Shown here: piece by piece, positions 26,719 through 36,637 of the stretch | Numbering within the stretch: the first letter of the stretch is position 1 | How the letters are laid out: the number at the start of each line of letters is the position of its first letter | Source of the DNA: Candidatus Rokuibacteriota bacterium | GTDB taxonomy: Bacteria; Methylomirabilota; Methylomirabilia; Rokubacteriales; CSP1-6 | DNA length: 64,000 nt | NCBI GenBank assembly: GCA_016200085.1 | Contig: JACQFL010000050.1 | Span: 115,088-179,087 of the forward strand | Direction of reading: 5' to 3' | Position numbers and translations under genes: made by a program | The notes under the pieces: model-generated | The model's input: the letters and a program-made list of their open reading frames with translations, nothing else | What the model was told of the DNA's origin: nothing | Database searches by the model: none

Positions 26719-27474
26719 GTGGCGCCGCATCGCGTGCTCGTGACCGGCATGAGCGGCCTCATCGGCACCGCGCTGCGGCGTCACCTCGAAGCCCGGTACG
26801 CGCTGCGCGCGCTCAACCGCCGCCCGGTCGCAGGCGTGGTGTGCTACCAGGCCGACCTCGCCGACCTCACCGCGATCCAGCCCGCCTTCGACGGCGTGGA
26901 CGTCGTCGTGCACCTCGCCGCCCAGACGGGCAACCCGCCGTTCGAGGAGGTGCTGCGTACGAACGTCGTCGGCACTCACAATGTGTTCGAGGCGGCGCGG
27001 CGGGCGGGCGTGAAGCGCCTGGTCTACGCGAGCAGCGGGGCGACGGTCAGCGCCTGCGAGCGCGACGAGCCGTACCGGGCGCTCGTGGAAGGCCGGTACG
27101 CTGACGTGAAGGACGGCTGGACCATGCTGACCCACGCCATGGCGGTACGGCCGGCCGGCCTCTACGGGGCGAGCAAGGTCTGGGGCGAGGCCCTGGCCAG
27201 GCACTACGCCGACGCCCACGGGCTGTCGGCCATCTGCCTGCGCATCGGACGCGTCCACGCCGAGGACCGGCCGCTCAGCGTGCGCGACTTCTCGGTCTGG
27301 TGCAGCCAGCGCGACATCGTGCGCATGATCGAGCTCGCGGTCGCGGCGCCGGACAGCGTCCGGTTCGACGTCTTCTACGTCACCTCGAACAACCGCTGGA
27401 GCTACCGCGATCTCGCTCACGCGCGCGACGTCCTCGGCTTCGAGCCGCGCGACACCGCGGAGGACTATCGCTGA
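26719..27474 (+). CDS. NAD-dependent epimerase/dehydratase family protein (SDR)
   Basis: RVLVTGMSGLIGTALRRHL (Rossmann GxxGxxG) and a YGASK catalytic YxxxK motif. Confidence 0.8.
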   Translation: MAPHRVLVTGMSGLIGTALRRHLEARYALRALNRRPVAGVVCYQADLADLTAIQPAFDGVDVVVHLAAQTGNPPFEEVLRTNVVGTHNVFEAARRAGVKRLVYASSGATVSACERDEPYRALVEGRYADVKDGWTMLTHAMAVRPAGLYGASKVWGEALARHYADAHGLSAICLRIGRVHAEDRPLSVRDFSVWCSQRDIVRMIELAVAAPDSVRFDVFYVTSNNRWSYRDLAHARDVLGFEPRDTAEDYR

Positions 27475-27499
27475 CCCTGCGCGATTCCACCATCGCGAC

Positions 27500-28097
27500 G
27501 AGCGTGCTGGTGGCCCTGCGCGTCCCCGCCACCGCCGTGCAGGCGCGACTGCCCGCGCCGTGGGAGCTCACGGCCACGGCGTCCGGCCCCCCGCGCGGCG
27601 CCAACCGGTACGTCGTCTTCCACGACGTGCTGCTCAATCAGGACGCCGAAGGCAGGCCGGCAGGCGACGCGAGCGGGCGCAATCTTGGCCTCGTGACCAG
27701 GCGCGGCATCCGGGCCACCGGCGTCTCGTGCAGCTTCAACTTCCGCAGCTACGCCGCGCATCCGTCCGCGCTGCCGGGCAAGTACCGCACGGCGGTGGCC
27801 GCCGAGATCCGTGCCGCGCGCCACGTCGAGGCGGCGCGCTCGGGCGAGGCGGTCCGGGATCGGATCGGGGTGGAGCCCGCGGGGGGAGGTCACGTGGCCC
27901 TCGATCTCCGGTACCGGCGCAGCGTGCCCGTGCGGCTGCCGTACGAGGCCGACGTCCGCTCGACGGTGGATCCCACGATCGTGCGGCACTACAAGGTCGA
28001 CCAGCTCGTGGAGGCGGCGCTGAGCGTCCTCTTCGATGGGAGCGAGGAGACCGTGGCCATCGGGACCCGGCCCATGTTCGTGCGGCAGGTCTCCTGA
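27500..28097 (+). CDS. hypothetical protein (start uncertain; GTG ~27500)
   Basis: An ORF in operon-like position after the VOC and SDR genes, with no recognisable motifs. The ORF-track N-terminal portion (from 27300) overlaps the SDR gene out of frame. Confidence 0.45.
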
Positions 28098-28125
28098 CGC
28101 CGCGCACCGTCGGCTCCCGCCGGGG

Positions 28126-29097
28126 TCAGCGCACGAGCCCGATCTCCTGGAAGTAGCGCAGCGCGCCCGGGTGGATGAGGCGGCGCTCCGGCGCCGCGGC
28201 GACGGTGTTGGCCGCCGTCGTCTCGCGCGCCTGTGGCAGCCGCTGCGCGAGCGCGGCCTCGCCGCGGTGCAGGGCGCGCGCGAGCCGGTAGGCGACGTCG
28301 TCGGCGAGGCTCGGCCGCGCCATCACGAAGCTCCACGAGCCGACCGATGGGATCGGCGCGTCCTGTCCCGGGTACGAGCCCGCGGGCACGGTCATCGGCA
28401 AGAGGAACGGGTGGCGGGCCTGGATCCTCGCGATGCCCGCCGGGTCCGGCGCGATGAAGCGTGCGCCTGCAGGCCCGCGCGCGACGGCGCCGAACCCGGG
28501 CCAGCCGATCCCGCCGCCCCAGAGCGCGGCCACCCGCCCGTCGAGGACCATCGCGGGCCCGTCGCCGGCGCGATCGAGGTGGATCGCCTGGAAGTCCCGC
28601 TCGGCGTCGAGGCCGAGCCCGTCGAAGACGTAGCGCGCCAGCAGGACGAGACCCGAGCCGCGCGCCCCGAGCGCCACGGCCTTGCCGCGCAGGTCCTCGA
28701 TCGTGCGGTGAGGGGAATCGGCGCGCACGACGAACATTCCGGGCGTGGTGTACATCGCCGCGAGGATGCGCAGGTCGGCGGGCGTGCGGCCCACCCCGGC
28801 GAGGGCCTCGTGGACCGCCTCGCCCTGCACCAGCCCCAGGTCGAGGGCGCCGGCCTCGAGCAGCGGGACGTTCTCGCCGCTGCCCTTCGTGCTCTGGGGC
28901 CGGACCTCGAGCGACGGATCGGTCTCGTTGATGGTCGCGGCGAAGGCCTCGCCGTACACGGGAAAACCGCCGCCCGGCGTCGCCGTGCCCAGCCGCACCA
29001 CGGTCCGTTCCGCGGCGCCCGCCGAGTGCGCCAGGGCCGCGGCGAGCGCGAGTCCCCCGATCAAGGCGAGGGCGAGCGAGGCGGCAGGGACGAGCAT
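28126..29097 (-). CDS. TAXI-family TRAP transporter solute-binding protein
   Basis: A signal peptide, then TVVRLGTATPGGGFPVYGEAFAATIN...VQGEAVHEALAGVGR, typical of the TAXI/Imp family. 323 aa. Confidence 0.75.
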   Translation of the reverse strand: MLVPAASLALALIGGLALAAALAHSAGAAERTVVRLGTATPGGGFPVYGEAFAATINETDPSLEVRPQSTKGSGENVPLLEAGALDLGLVQGEAVHEALAGVGRTPADLRILAAMYTTPGMFVVRADSPHRTIEDLRGKAVALGARGSGLVLLARYVFDGLGLDAERDFQAIHLDRAGDGPAMVLDGRVAALWGGGIGWPGFGAVARGPAGARFIAPDPAGIARIQARHPFLLPMTVPAGSYPGQDAPIPSVGSWSFVMARPSLADDVAYRLARALHRGEAALAQRLPQARETTAANTVAAAPERRLIHPGALRYFQEIGLVR

Positions 29098-29549
29098 GCG
29101 GCTACTCTACGTGATCCGTCGACATCGAGGGGAGCGACCGCCCCTCCCCCCGACGCGCCCCAACGGTTGCCGCCGGCGCCGACGCGGGTTCCGACCACGC
29201 GCGGGGGCCGGGACTGCGGGGCAGGCTGCCCGATCGGGCTCGGGCGGTCCGCCCGCGCCGCCCGACGGTGCGCTCGCCAACTCTTCGATTCGACGCGCAT
29301 CCGGTCATGGCACGCCTTCTGCCTTCCAAACGGCAGGCGATGCGAAGGCCCGGCGTGCGGTGACGGGACGCGCAACCGACCGGAGCGCCAGGGAGCGGCG
29401 CAGCGGGTGATGTGATGCAGATGGATCTCTGGTACGAGCTCATGATCGAGGGTACGACTCCGAGCGAGGCCACGGCCGATCTCCTGCAGGATGCGAACGA
29501 GCCGGTCACGGCAGAGGCGGCCGATCCGGACGAAGGGTAATGAATTGAC

Positions 29550-29990
29550 TCAGGTGAACCGCACGCCGTCGGTGACGGGCGCCAGCGACTGCGGCTGGGT
29601 GAAGCCGAGCTGGTAGCCCGTCACGACGACGCGGTAGCTCACCGCGCGCGGGCTCTGCGGCATCGGGATCACGAATCCCGTACTGCGATCCTCGGCCACG
29701 ATGCCCACGTACGTGGCGCCGCTCGCCACCAGGTTCCCCGCAGCGTCGACGGCCTCGCCGGTGAGCGTGACGTTGCGGGCCTCCAGCTTCCCCGTGTTGA
29801 AGATGCGCCCGACCAGCCGGATGTTGCTCCCGGTCTGCGGGTGATCGACGTTGAAGGTGATGCGGAACGGCGGGGCCTGACCCGGGGTCTGCGCCGGCGC
29901 CACGCCGGCGATCATGACGGCCATCGCGAGGAGGACACCGACGACGAGGCGCGCGGTGCGGCTCCAGGCGGCGGCGGGCGAGCGCGTCAT
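29550..29990 (-). CDS. hypothetical secreted protein
   Basis: Starts MTRSPAAAWSRTARLVVGVLLAMAVMIAGVAPAQ (signal peptide). The upstream part of the ORF-track entry (to 30083) overlaps the convergent SBP gene start and is probably not translated. Confidence 0.45.
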   Translation of the reverse strand: MTRSPAAAWSRTARLVVGVLLAMAVMIAGVAPAQTPGQAPPFRITFNVDHPQTGSNIRLVGRIFNTGKLEARNVTLTGEAVDAAGNLVASGATYVGIVAEDRSTGFVIPMPQSPRAVSYRVVVTGYQLGFTQPQSLAPVTDGVRFT

Positions 29991-30081
29991 GGTCCCGACA
30001 AGAGTAACGCGAGGCGGCGACGAGCGGAAGCACTTGCAAGATGCCGGGCGAAGGGCTATTGAGAGCTCGCAAGGAGGCGTC

Positions 30082-31626
30082 ATGATCGCCGTCCGCGTCC
30101 GCTGGCCTCGTGCCCTCGTCGTCGCCCTGGCCCTCGTGCCGGTGACCGCGGCCGCTCAAGGCCGTCCCGTCCAGCTCACGATCTCCCAGCCCGCCGAGGC
30201 CACCACCATGGACCCGGGGCGCAGCACCCAGGTCCTCACCGTCAACTACTTCTACAACCTCTACGACACCCTCACGCGCTGGGACACGTCGCTCACGCTC
30301 CAGCCCGGCCTGGCGACGGCGTGGAAGAGCGTCAACGAGACCACGTGGGACCTCACCCTGCGCCTGGGGGTGCGCTTCCACGACGGCGCGCCGTTCACGG
30401 GAGAGGACGTCAGGGCGACCTTCGAGCGCAACCTCGTCGCCGGCAAGACCGTGGTCCAGCCGGGCTTCGCGACGATCGAGTCGGTGCAGGTCACGGGCCC
30501 GGCGAGCGTGCGCATCGTCACGAAGCGGCCGGACCCGTTGCTGCTGGTGCGCCTGGCCCAGATGGGCGCCCAGGTCCTGCCCGCGCGCCTCACCACCGAC
30601 GAGGGCGTGAAGGAGCTCGCGCGGCGGCCCGTCGGGACGGGGGCCTACCGCTTCGTGGAGTGGGTGAAGGACGAGCGGCTCGTCATGGAAGCCAACCGCG
30701 ACTGGTGGGGCTGGGACGGCAAGCCGCCGGCGATCGACCGCGTGATCTGGAAGCCGATCCCCGAAGATTTCCCGCGGCTCGTCGCGCTGGAAAAGGGTGA
30801 AGTCGACATCATCACGAACGTGCCGCCCGACCGCATCCCGTCGATCGCAGACGGCAAGAGCACGCGCGTCGTGAGCGTGCCCTCGACGCGGACGGCGGCG
30901 TTCGCGATGAACGCCACCCAGCCGCCCCTGGCCGACCGTCGGGTGCGCCAGGCGATGCACTACGCCCTCGACGTCCGCGCGATCATCAGGACGCTCCACG
31001 GGGGCTACGGCAAGCCGATGTCGGGTGGCCTCGCCGATACCGACTTCGGCCACAACCCGGCGCTCAAGCCGTACCCCTCTGACCCGGCGAAGGCCAAGGC
31101 GCTGCTCGCGGACGCCGGCCACCCCGGCGGCATCGACGTCGCGCTGCTCGCGGGCTACGGCACCATGGTCAACGACAAGGCCCTGCTCGAGGTGATCACC
31201 GACATGTGGGCGAAAGTCGGCATCCGCGCGCGGATCGAGATGATGGAAATGGGTCAGCGTCAGCGCATCGTCAACGAGCGCAGTCTGCCCGCGAACAGCC
31301 TCATGCTGATCAACCCGCAGTCCACCCTCCTCGACGCCGACGGCAGCCTGTGGCGCCTGCTGCACCCGACCGGCTTCAACGGCAAGTACTGGATCGGCAG
31401 CCAGCCCGGCCAGCGCTTCAACGAGCTGATGGAGCAGGCGCGCTACAGCCTGGACCAGAAGAAGCGCAAGGCGCTCTACACCGAGGCCACCCAGATCATC
31501 CACGACGAGAAGCCCTGGCTCGAGCTGTTCCAGGAAGTCATCGTCTACGGCACGTCCAGGCGCGTGAGCTTCAAGCCCCGGTCGGACTACCGGCTCATCG
31601 TGGCGGAGATGACCGTGACCCGGTGA
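30082..31626 (+). CDS. ABC transporter substrate-binding protein, family 5 (peptide/nickel/opine type)
   Basis: MIAVRVRWPRALVVALALVPVTAAAQG signal peptide, then the SBP_bac_5 fold (NYFYNLYDTLTRWD...). An RBS AAGGAGG lies upstream of the ATG. Confidence 0.8.
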   Translation: MIAVRVRWPRALVVALALVPVTAAAQGRPVQLTISQPAEATTMDPGRSTQVLTVNYFYNLYDTLTRWDTSLTLQPGLATAWKSVNETTWDLTLRLGVRFHDGAPFTGEDVRATFERNLVAGKTVVQPGFATIESVQVTGPASVRIVTKRPDPLLLVRLAQMGAQVLPARLTTDEGVKELARRPVGTGAYRFVEWVKDERLVMEANRDWWGWDGKPPAIDRVIWKPIPEDFPRLVALEKGEVDIITNVPPDRIPSIADGKSTRVVSVPSTRTAAFAMNATQPPLADRRVRQAMHYALDVRAIIRTLHGGYGKPMSGGLADTDFGHNPALKPYPSDPAKAKALLADAGHPGGIDVALLAGYGTMVNDKALLEVITDMWAKVGIRARIEMMEMGQRQRIVNERSLPANSLMLINPQSTLLDADGSLWRLLHPTGFNGKYWIGSQPGQRFNELMEQARYSLDQKKRKALYTEATQIIHDEKPWLELFQEVIVYGTSRRVSFKPRSDYRLIVAEMTVTR

Positions 31627-31664
31627 AGGGGCCGGGGCGCCCGTCGTACGGCTGAGGGGGCCTC

Positions 31665-32351
31665 GTGTACAGTGGGAGCATGTGGAGAGGGATCGCCGTC
31701 GCGCTGCTCGCGGCGGCGCCGGCCGGGCCGGCCGCGGCGCAGCCGGCGTCGCCCGGCGCCGCCCCGCTCGAAGACGTCGTGCGCGCGGTGGAGACGGCCT
31801 ATGGCCGGCTCGGCGACCTCCGGGCCGAGTTCACCCAGACGAGCTTCAACAAGAGCCTCAACCAGACGATCCCGGCCCAGGGGACGGTCTATCTCAAGAA
31901 GGGCGGCAAGCTCCGCTGGGAGTACAGCGAGCCCTCGAAGCAGGAGATCGTCTCCGACGGCAAGACCATCTGGGTCTACACGCCCTCGCTCAACCAGGTC
32001 AACGTGGGTCACGCGCCGGAGGCGCTCTCCGGGCCCGCCGGCAGCTTCCTGGCCGGGCTCGGCAAGCTGCGCGAGCACTTCACGGTGCGCTTCCTCAACC
32101 CGGCCTCGCCCCGCGACGCCGACGGCAACGTGGGCCTCGACCTCACCCCGCGGCAGCCGCTGCCCACCCTGACGCGACTGGTCCTCGCCCTCGATCCGAA
32201 GACGTGGGAGATCCGCCGGGCGATCGTCTCCGACCAGTTCGAGAACACCGTGACCATGCGGTTCACGAAGATGGCCGTGAACCCCGGTCTGCCCGACGCC
32301 CTCTTCACCTTCGTGGCCCCGAAGGGCGTGGCCACGGTCCCGATGCGTTAA
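31665..32351 (+). CDS. lolA: outer-membrane lipoprotein carrier protein LolA
   Basis: A signal peptide, then VRAVETAYGRLGDLRAEFTQTSFNKSLNQTIPAQGTVYLKKGGKLRWEY, typical of LolA. An alternative ATG at 31680 is possible. Confidence 0.75.
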   Translation: MYSGSMWRGIAVALLAAAPAGPAAAQPASPGAAPLEDVVRAVETAYGRLGDLRAEFTQTSFNKSLNQTIPAQGTVYLKKGGKLRWEYSEPSKQEIVSDGKTIWVYTPSLNQVNVGHAPEALSGPAGSFLAGLGKLREHFTVRFLNPASPRDADGNVGLDLTPRQPLPTLTRLVLALDPKTWEIRRAIVSDQFENTVTMRFTKMAVNPGLPDALFTFVAPKGVATVPMR

Positions 32352-32360
32352 GATCGGGGC

Positions 32361-32852
32361 ATGGCCGCGGAGAACTCGTTCGACGTCGTCTGCAAGATCG
32401 ACCCCCAGGAGGTCACCAACGCGCTGGACCAGGCCCGGCGGGAGATCGAGACCCGCTACGACCTGAAAGGCACGAAGAACGAGGCCGTGCTGGAAAAGAC
32501 CGACATCGTGGTCACCGCGGCCGACGACATGAAGCTCAAGGCCGTGGTCGACATCCTCCAGTCGAAGCTCCACAAGCGCGGCGTGCCGCTCAAGGCCCTG
32601 ACCTACGGCAAGGTCGAGCAGGCCTCGGGGGGCGCGCTGCGGCAGAAGATCGGGTTGCAGCAGGGGATCCCGATCGAGAAGGCGCGCGAGATCGTCCGCC
32701 TCGTCAAGGACACCAAGCTCAAGGTCCAGGCGGCGATCCAGGAGGACAAGGTTCGGGTGTCCGGCAAGGCCCGCGACGATCTGCAGAAGATCATCGCCAT
32801 GCTGCGCGAGAAGGACCTCGGCATCGCGCTGCAGTTCGACAACTACCGATGA
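32361..32852 (+). CDS. yajQ: YajQ family cyclic-di-GMP-binding protein (UPF0234)
   Basis: MAAENSFDVVCKIDPQEVTNALDQARREIETRYDLKGT is the characteristic YajQ N-terminus. 163 aa. Confidence 0.85.
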   Translation: MAAENSFDVVCKIDPQEVTNALDQARREIETRYDLKGTKNEAVLEKTDIVVTAADDMKLKAVVDILQSKLHKRGVPLKALTYGKVEQASGGALRQKIGLQQGIPIEKAREIVRLVKDTKLKVQAAIQEDKVRVSGKARDDLQKIIAMLREKDLGIALQFDNYR

Positions 32853-34165
32853 GGGTCCATCTCACCACGCTCGGCTGCCCGAAGAATCAGGTGGATTCCG
32901 AGCTCATGCTCGGGATGCTCGCCGAGGCCGGCTACCCGCTCGTCGAGCGCGCCGAGGACGCCGAATGCCTCGTGGTCAACACCTGCGCCTTCATCGACCG
33001 CGCGCGCGAGGAATCGGTCGACACCATCCTCGAGCTGGCCCAGCTCAAGCAGCGCGGCCGCGCCCGGGCGCTCATCGTCACCGGCTGCCTGACCCAGCGC
33101 TACGGGGCCGACGTCTTGAAGGAGCTGCCCGAGGTCGACGGCATCCTCGGCACCTCCGACCTCGGCCGCATCGTGGATCTCGTCCGCCAGGCCGCCGGCC
33201 GTCACGACTGGGCCACCGCCGCGCCGCCCGGCTACCTCTACGAGGCCCGCACGCCCCGCCTGCTCACGGCGCGGGTGCCGTACGCCTATGTGAAGATCGC
33301 CGAGGGGTGCGACATGGGGTGCGCCTTCTGCGCGATCCCCCAGTTCCGCGGCCGTCACCGCAGCCGAGCGCTGCGCGACATCGTCGAGGAAGTGGAGACG
33401 CTGGCGGCCCGGGGCATCCAGGAGGCCATCCTGGTCTCGCAGGACACCCTCGCGTACGGGCGCGACGTGCCCGGCAACGGCGACGTCGCCGACCTGCTGC
33501 TGGCCCTGTCCGACACGCGGATGCCGTGGATCCGCCCCATGTACCTGCACCCGGCACACGCCAACGACCGGCTCATCGCCCGGTGGGCGCGCGCTCGCGT
33601 GGTGCCGTACCTCGACATGCCGGTGCAGCACGGCGACGACGCCATCCTGAAATCGATGCGGCGCGCGGTCACTGCCCGGCGCATGAAGGACGTCGTCGCC
33701 GCCTTCCGCGAGGCGATCCCCGGGCTCACCGTGCGCACCACCGTGCTCGTCGGTTTCCCCGGCGAGACCGACGCGGCCTTCCGCGCCCTGCTCGCGTTCC
33801 TCGACGACGTCCGCTTCGATCGCCTGGGCGTCTTCACCTTCTCCCCGGAGGACGGCACGCCGGCGCCGGCGCTGCCCGACCAGGTCCCCGCCGAGACGGC
33901 GGCGGAGCGCGCGGCGGTCGTGCAGGGGACGCAGGACAAGATCGCCTGGGAGCGAGGCCAGGCTCTCGTGGGTACCGTGCAGGACGTGCTCGTCGACGGC
34001 CCCAGCGAGGACCCGGCGTTCGCGTGGGAGGGCCGGCTCGCCGGCCAGGCCCCCGAGATCGACGGCGTCGTCTATCTTCGCACGCGGGAGATGCAGCCGG
34101 GCCGCTTCGCGCGCGTGCGCATCACCGAGGTGGAAGGATACGAGCTCGTCGGCGAGCGTGCCTGA
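32849..34165 (+). CDS. rimO: ribosomal protein S12 methylthiotransferase RimO
   Basis: MTTase N-terminus (HLTTLGCPKNQVDSE), a radical-SAM CxxxCxxC (EGCDMGCAFC) and a C-terminal TRAM domain. ATG overlaps the yajQ stop. Confidence 0.85.
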   Translation: MRVHLTTLGCPKNQVDSELMLGMLAEAGYPLVERAEDAECLVVNTCAFIDRAREESVDTILELAQLKQRGRARALIVTGCLTQRYGADVLKELPEVDGILGTSDLGRIVDLVRQAAGRHDWATAAPPGYLYEARTPRLLTARVPYAYVKIAEGCDMGCAFCAIPQFRGRHRSRALRDIVEEVETLAARGIQEAILVSQDTLAYGRDVPGNGDVADLLLALSDTRMPWIRPMYLHPAHANDRLIARWARARVVPYLDMPVQHGDDAILKSMRRAVTARRMKDVVAAFREAIPGLTVRTTVLVGFPGETDAAFRALLAFLDDVRFDRLGVFTFSPEDGTPAPALPDQVPAETAAERAAVVQGTQDKIAWERGQALVGTVQDVLVDGPSEDPAFAWEGRLAGQAPEIDGVVYLRTREMQPGRFARVRITEVEGYELVGERA

Positions 34166-34643
34166 CGCCGCCGTCCCCGCGCGCGGCGCCCTCGATCGCG
34201 TCGCGCTCGCCCTGGCCACCGTCCTCGGCGCCGGTTACTCGCCGGTGGCGCCGGGCACCGCGGGCAGCGTCGTCGCGCTGGCCATCCTCTGGCTCGTCCC
34301 GTTCTCGCGGGCGGCGCTGGTCGGCTGGCTCGTGGCGGTCACGGTGGCCGGGACCCTGGCGGCCCACCGCGCCGAGCGCCTGCTCGGGGTCAAGGATCCC
34401 GGCGCGATCGTCATCGACGAGGTGGCGGGGATGACGCTCTCCGTCCTCGCGCTGCCGCGCACGCCCGCCGTGCTGCTGACGGCCTTCGTGCTCTTCCGCC
34501 TCTTCGACGTCGTCAAGCCCTTCCCCGCGCGCGCGAGCCAGCGCCTGGGGGGCGGGGTCGGGGTGATGATCGACGACCTCATCGCCGGCGCGTACGCGCT
34601 CGCCGTGGTCGCCGCGCTTCGCCGGATCGCCGGATGGCCGTGA
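34158..34643 (+). CDS. pgpA: phosphatidylglycerophosphatase A
   Basis: GAGYSPVAPGTAGS...VIDEVAGM...FRLFDVVKPFP are PgpA family motifs. 161 aa. Confidence 0.85.
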   Translation: MPDAAVPARGALDRVALALATVLGAGYSPVAPGTAGSVVALAILWLVPFSRAALVGWLVAVTVAGTLAAHRAERLLGVKDPGAIVIDEVAGMTLSVLALPRTPAVLLTAFVLFRLFDVVKPFPARASQRLGGGVGVMIDDLIAGAYALAVVAALRRIAGWP

Positions 34644-35878
34644 CGCCGGCCGCGCGCGTGGTGACGGTGGGCGTGCCACCGACCGGGGCGCTGCTCGATC
34701 CCGACGGCGCCGCCGTCGCCGCCGCGCTCGAGGCCGCCGGGGTGCCCGTCGCCATGCGCGTGTTCGTCGACGACGACGAGACCGCGCTCGAGCAGGCGCT
34801 GGCGTCCGCGGTGGCGCTCACGGTCGTCCTCGCGGGCGATGGCGGCTCGGCCGGCGACGTCGTCCGCCGCGTGGTCGCCCGGCTCGCCGGCACGCGCCTC
34901 GTGCTCAACGACCGGATGCTCGCCGCGCTCGAGGAGCACTACCGTCGCGGCGACCGGCCGCTGCCCCGGCGCGCCGAGCGTCTTGCCCTCCTGCCCCAGG
35001 GCGCCTCCGTGTGGCTGGTCGACCACGGCGAGCCGGGCTGGGCGGTGGACGCCGGCGGGCGCGCGTTCATCGTGCTGCCGCGGGGCGGTCCGCTGGCGCC
35101 CGCGCTCCGCCAGCAGCTCACCGACTACGTGGCCGATCACGTGCCGGCGCGCGGCACGGTCGCGGTCAGGACGCTCCGGACGGCCGGGGTGTCGCTCGCC
35201 GCGCTCGAGGATCGCCTCGCGGCGTGGATCGGCCGGGAGGGCGGCGTCGCTGTCAGCGTCGTGCCGGCGGCGGGCGAGGTGTGGGTGCGGCTGCGCGCGC
35301 GCGGCCAGACCCCCTCGGCGGCCGCGGAGGCCGTCGAGCGGGCCGAGACGGAGATCCGGGGACTCCTCGGCCCCGACTGCTTCGGTCGTGACGAGGAGAC
35401 GCTCGAGCAGGCGGTGGCCCGTCGACTCCTGGCGCGGGGGCTCACCCTCTCGGTTGCGGAGTCGTGCACGGGCGGGCTGCTCGGCCATCGCCTCACCAGC
35501 GTGCCGGGCTCGTCGCGCTACTTCGAGCGCGGGGTCCTCGTGTACTCCAACGAGGCCAAGCAGGAGATGCTCGGGGTTCCCGAGGTGATCCTGCGAGCGC
35601 ACGGCGCCGTGAGCGCCCCGTGCGCCGAGGCGATGGCCCGCGGGATCGCCGAGCGCAGCCGGACCGCCTGCGGCCTCAGCATCACCGGGATCGCGGGTCC
35701 CGACGGCGGCACCCCGACCAAGCCGGTCGGCACGGTGTTCATCGGCCTCGCCACCCCGGGCCACCTCGCGGCCCGTCACTTCCTCTTCAGCGGCGATCGC
35801 GCGGCGGTGAAGTGGCAGTCCACGCAGATGGCGCTCGACATGCTGCGCCGGGCGCTCGAGGAGGACTCGACGCCATAG
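34634..35878 (+). CDS. cinA: competence/damage-inducible protein CinA
   Basis: The C-terminal CinA domain (LSVAESCTGGLLGHRLTSVPGSSRYFERGVLVYSNEAKQEMLGV) follows an N-terminal MoCF-like domain. Confidence 0.85.
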   Translation: MAVTPAARVVTVGVPPTGALLDPDGAAVAAALEAAGVPVAMRVFVDDDETALEQALASAVALTVVLAGDGGSAGDVVRRVVARLAGTRLVLNDRMLAALEEHYRRGDRPLPRRAERLALLPQGASVWLVDHGEPGWAVDAGGRAFIVLPRGGPLAPALRQQLTDYVADHVPARGTVAVRTLRTAGVSLAALEDRLAAWIGREGGVAVSVVPAAGEVWVRLRARGQTPSAAAEAVERAETEIRGLLGPDCFGRDEETLEQAVARRLLARGLTLSVAESCTGGLLGHRLTSVPGSSRYFERGVLVYSNEAKQEMLGVPEVILRAHGAVSAPCAEAMARGIAERSRTACGLSITGIAGPDGGTPTKPVGTVFIGLATPGHLAARHFLFSGDRAAVKWQSTQMALDMLRRALEEDSTP

Positions 35879-36438
35879 CGATCCGCGCGTTCGTCGCCGT
35901 CCTGCTGCCGGACGACGTGCGCATGGCCCTGGCTCGCGAGGTCGGCCGGCTCCAGCCCGTCGCCTCCAACGTGGCGTGGGTCGGGGCCGACCACCTCCAC
36001 GTCACCCTCAAGTTCCTCGGGGCGACCGACGAGGACCGCCTGCCCGCCGTCCGCGAGGCGCTGGCCCGCGCCGCGGGGACCGCCTCCGCCTTCACCCTCG
36101 CCCTGCGGGGCCTCGGCGCGTTCCCCACGCCGTCGCGCCCGCGCGTGATCTGGGCGGGAGCGGCGGAGGGCGCCGGGGCGCTCGCCGCGCTCGCGGGGAC
36201 CGTCGACCGCGAGCTGGTGGCGCTCGGCGTGCCTCCCGAGACGCGGCCCTTCGCGTCGCACGTCACGCTGGGCCGGGTGCGCGAGCCCCGCCGTGCGCCC
36301 CGGCTCGCCGAGGCGCTCGCGACGGCCTCCGAGCGTGTGTTCGGGACCGTCACCGTCGACCGCCTGACGCTGATGCGCAGCGATCTGTCGCCGCGGGGAG
36401 CCCGCTACACCGAGCTGGCCGGCTTCGCACTCGGCTGA
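35875..36438 (+). CDS. thpR: RNA 2',3'-cyclic phosphodiesterase (2'-5' RNA ligase family)
   Basis: IRAFVAVLLPDDV...HVTLKF...HVTLGR carries two HxT/S motifs. No canonical start precedes the conserved N-terminus, so an ATA/ATC start or a local error is inferred. Confidence 0.7.
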   Translation: MAIRAFVAVLLPDDVRMALAREVGRLQPVASNVAWVGADHLHVTLKFLGATDEDRLPAVREALARAAGTASAFTLALRGLGAFPTPSRPRVIWAGAAEGAGALAALAGTVDRELVALGVPPETRPFASHVTLGRVREPRRAPRLAEALATASERVFGTVTVDRLTLMRSDLSPRGARYTELAGFALG

Positions 36439-36540
36439 CGAGGGCGGCGGCAGGGCTCCGGAAGCGGCCCCGCGCAGCCGTTCACCCCCGTGAGACCCCG
36501 GCAGAGGTGCGCAGTCATCCACCGTCACGCGTTGTTGACA

Positions 36541-36570
36541 TTGACTGGCCGTCGCCGCGCCCCCTAGAAT
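36541..36570 (+). promoter_or_regulatory. candidate sigma70-type promoter of recA (-35 TTGACT, 18-nt spacer, -10 TAGAAT)
   Basis: ttgactggccgtcgccgcgcccccTAGAAT lies ~68 nt upstream of the recA ATG. It is seen in the sequence only. Confidence 0.4.
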
Positions 36571-36637
36571 GCTCGTCGAGATCTCCCGCTGATGGGCCGG
36601 GCCTGATCGATCGAGCCGATAGATCAAGGAGCCGCGA

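Noticed and set aside
27500-28097. Assigning the hypothetical protein after the SDR gene to a specific family
   Set aside because: I recognise no diagnostic motifs. Any specific call would be a guess.
36439-36637. Search for a LexA/SOS box upstream of recA
   Set aside because: I found no convincing CTGT-N8-ACAG, GAAC-N4-GTTC or similar palindrome. Only the sigma70-like TTGACT/TAGAAT promoter is evident. SOS regulation cannot be asserted from sequence.
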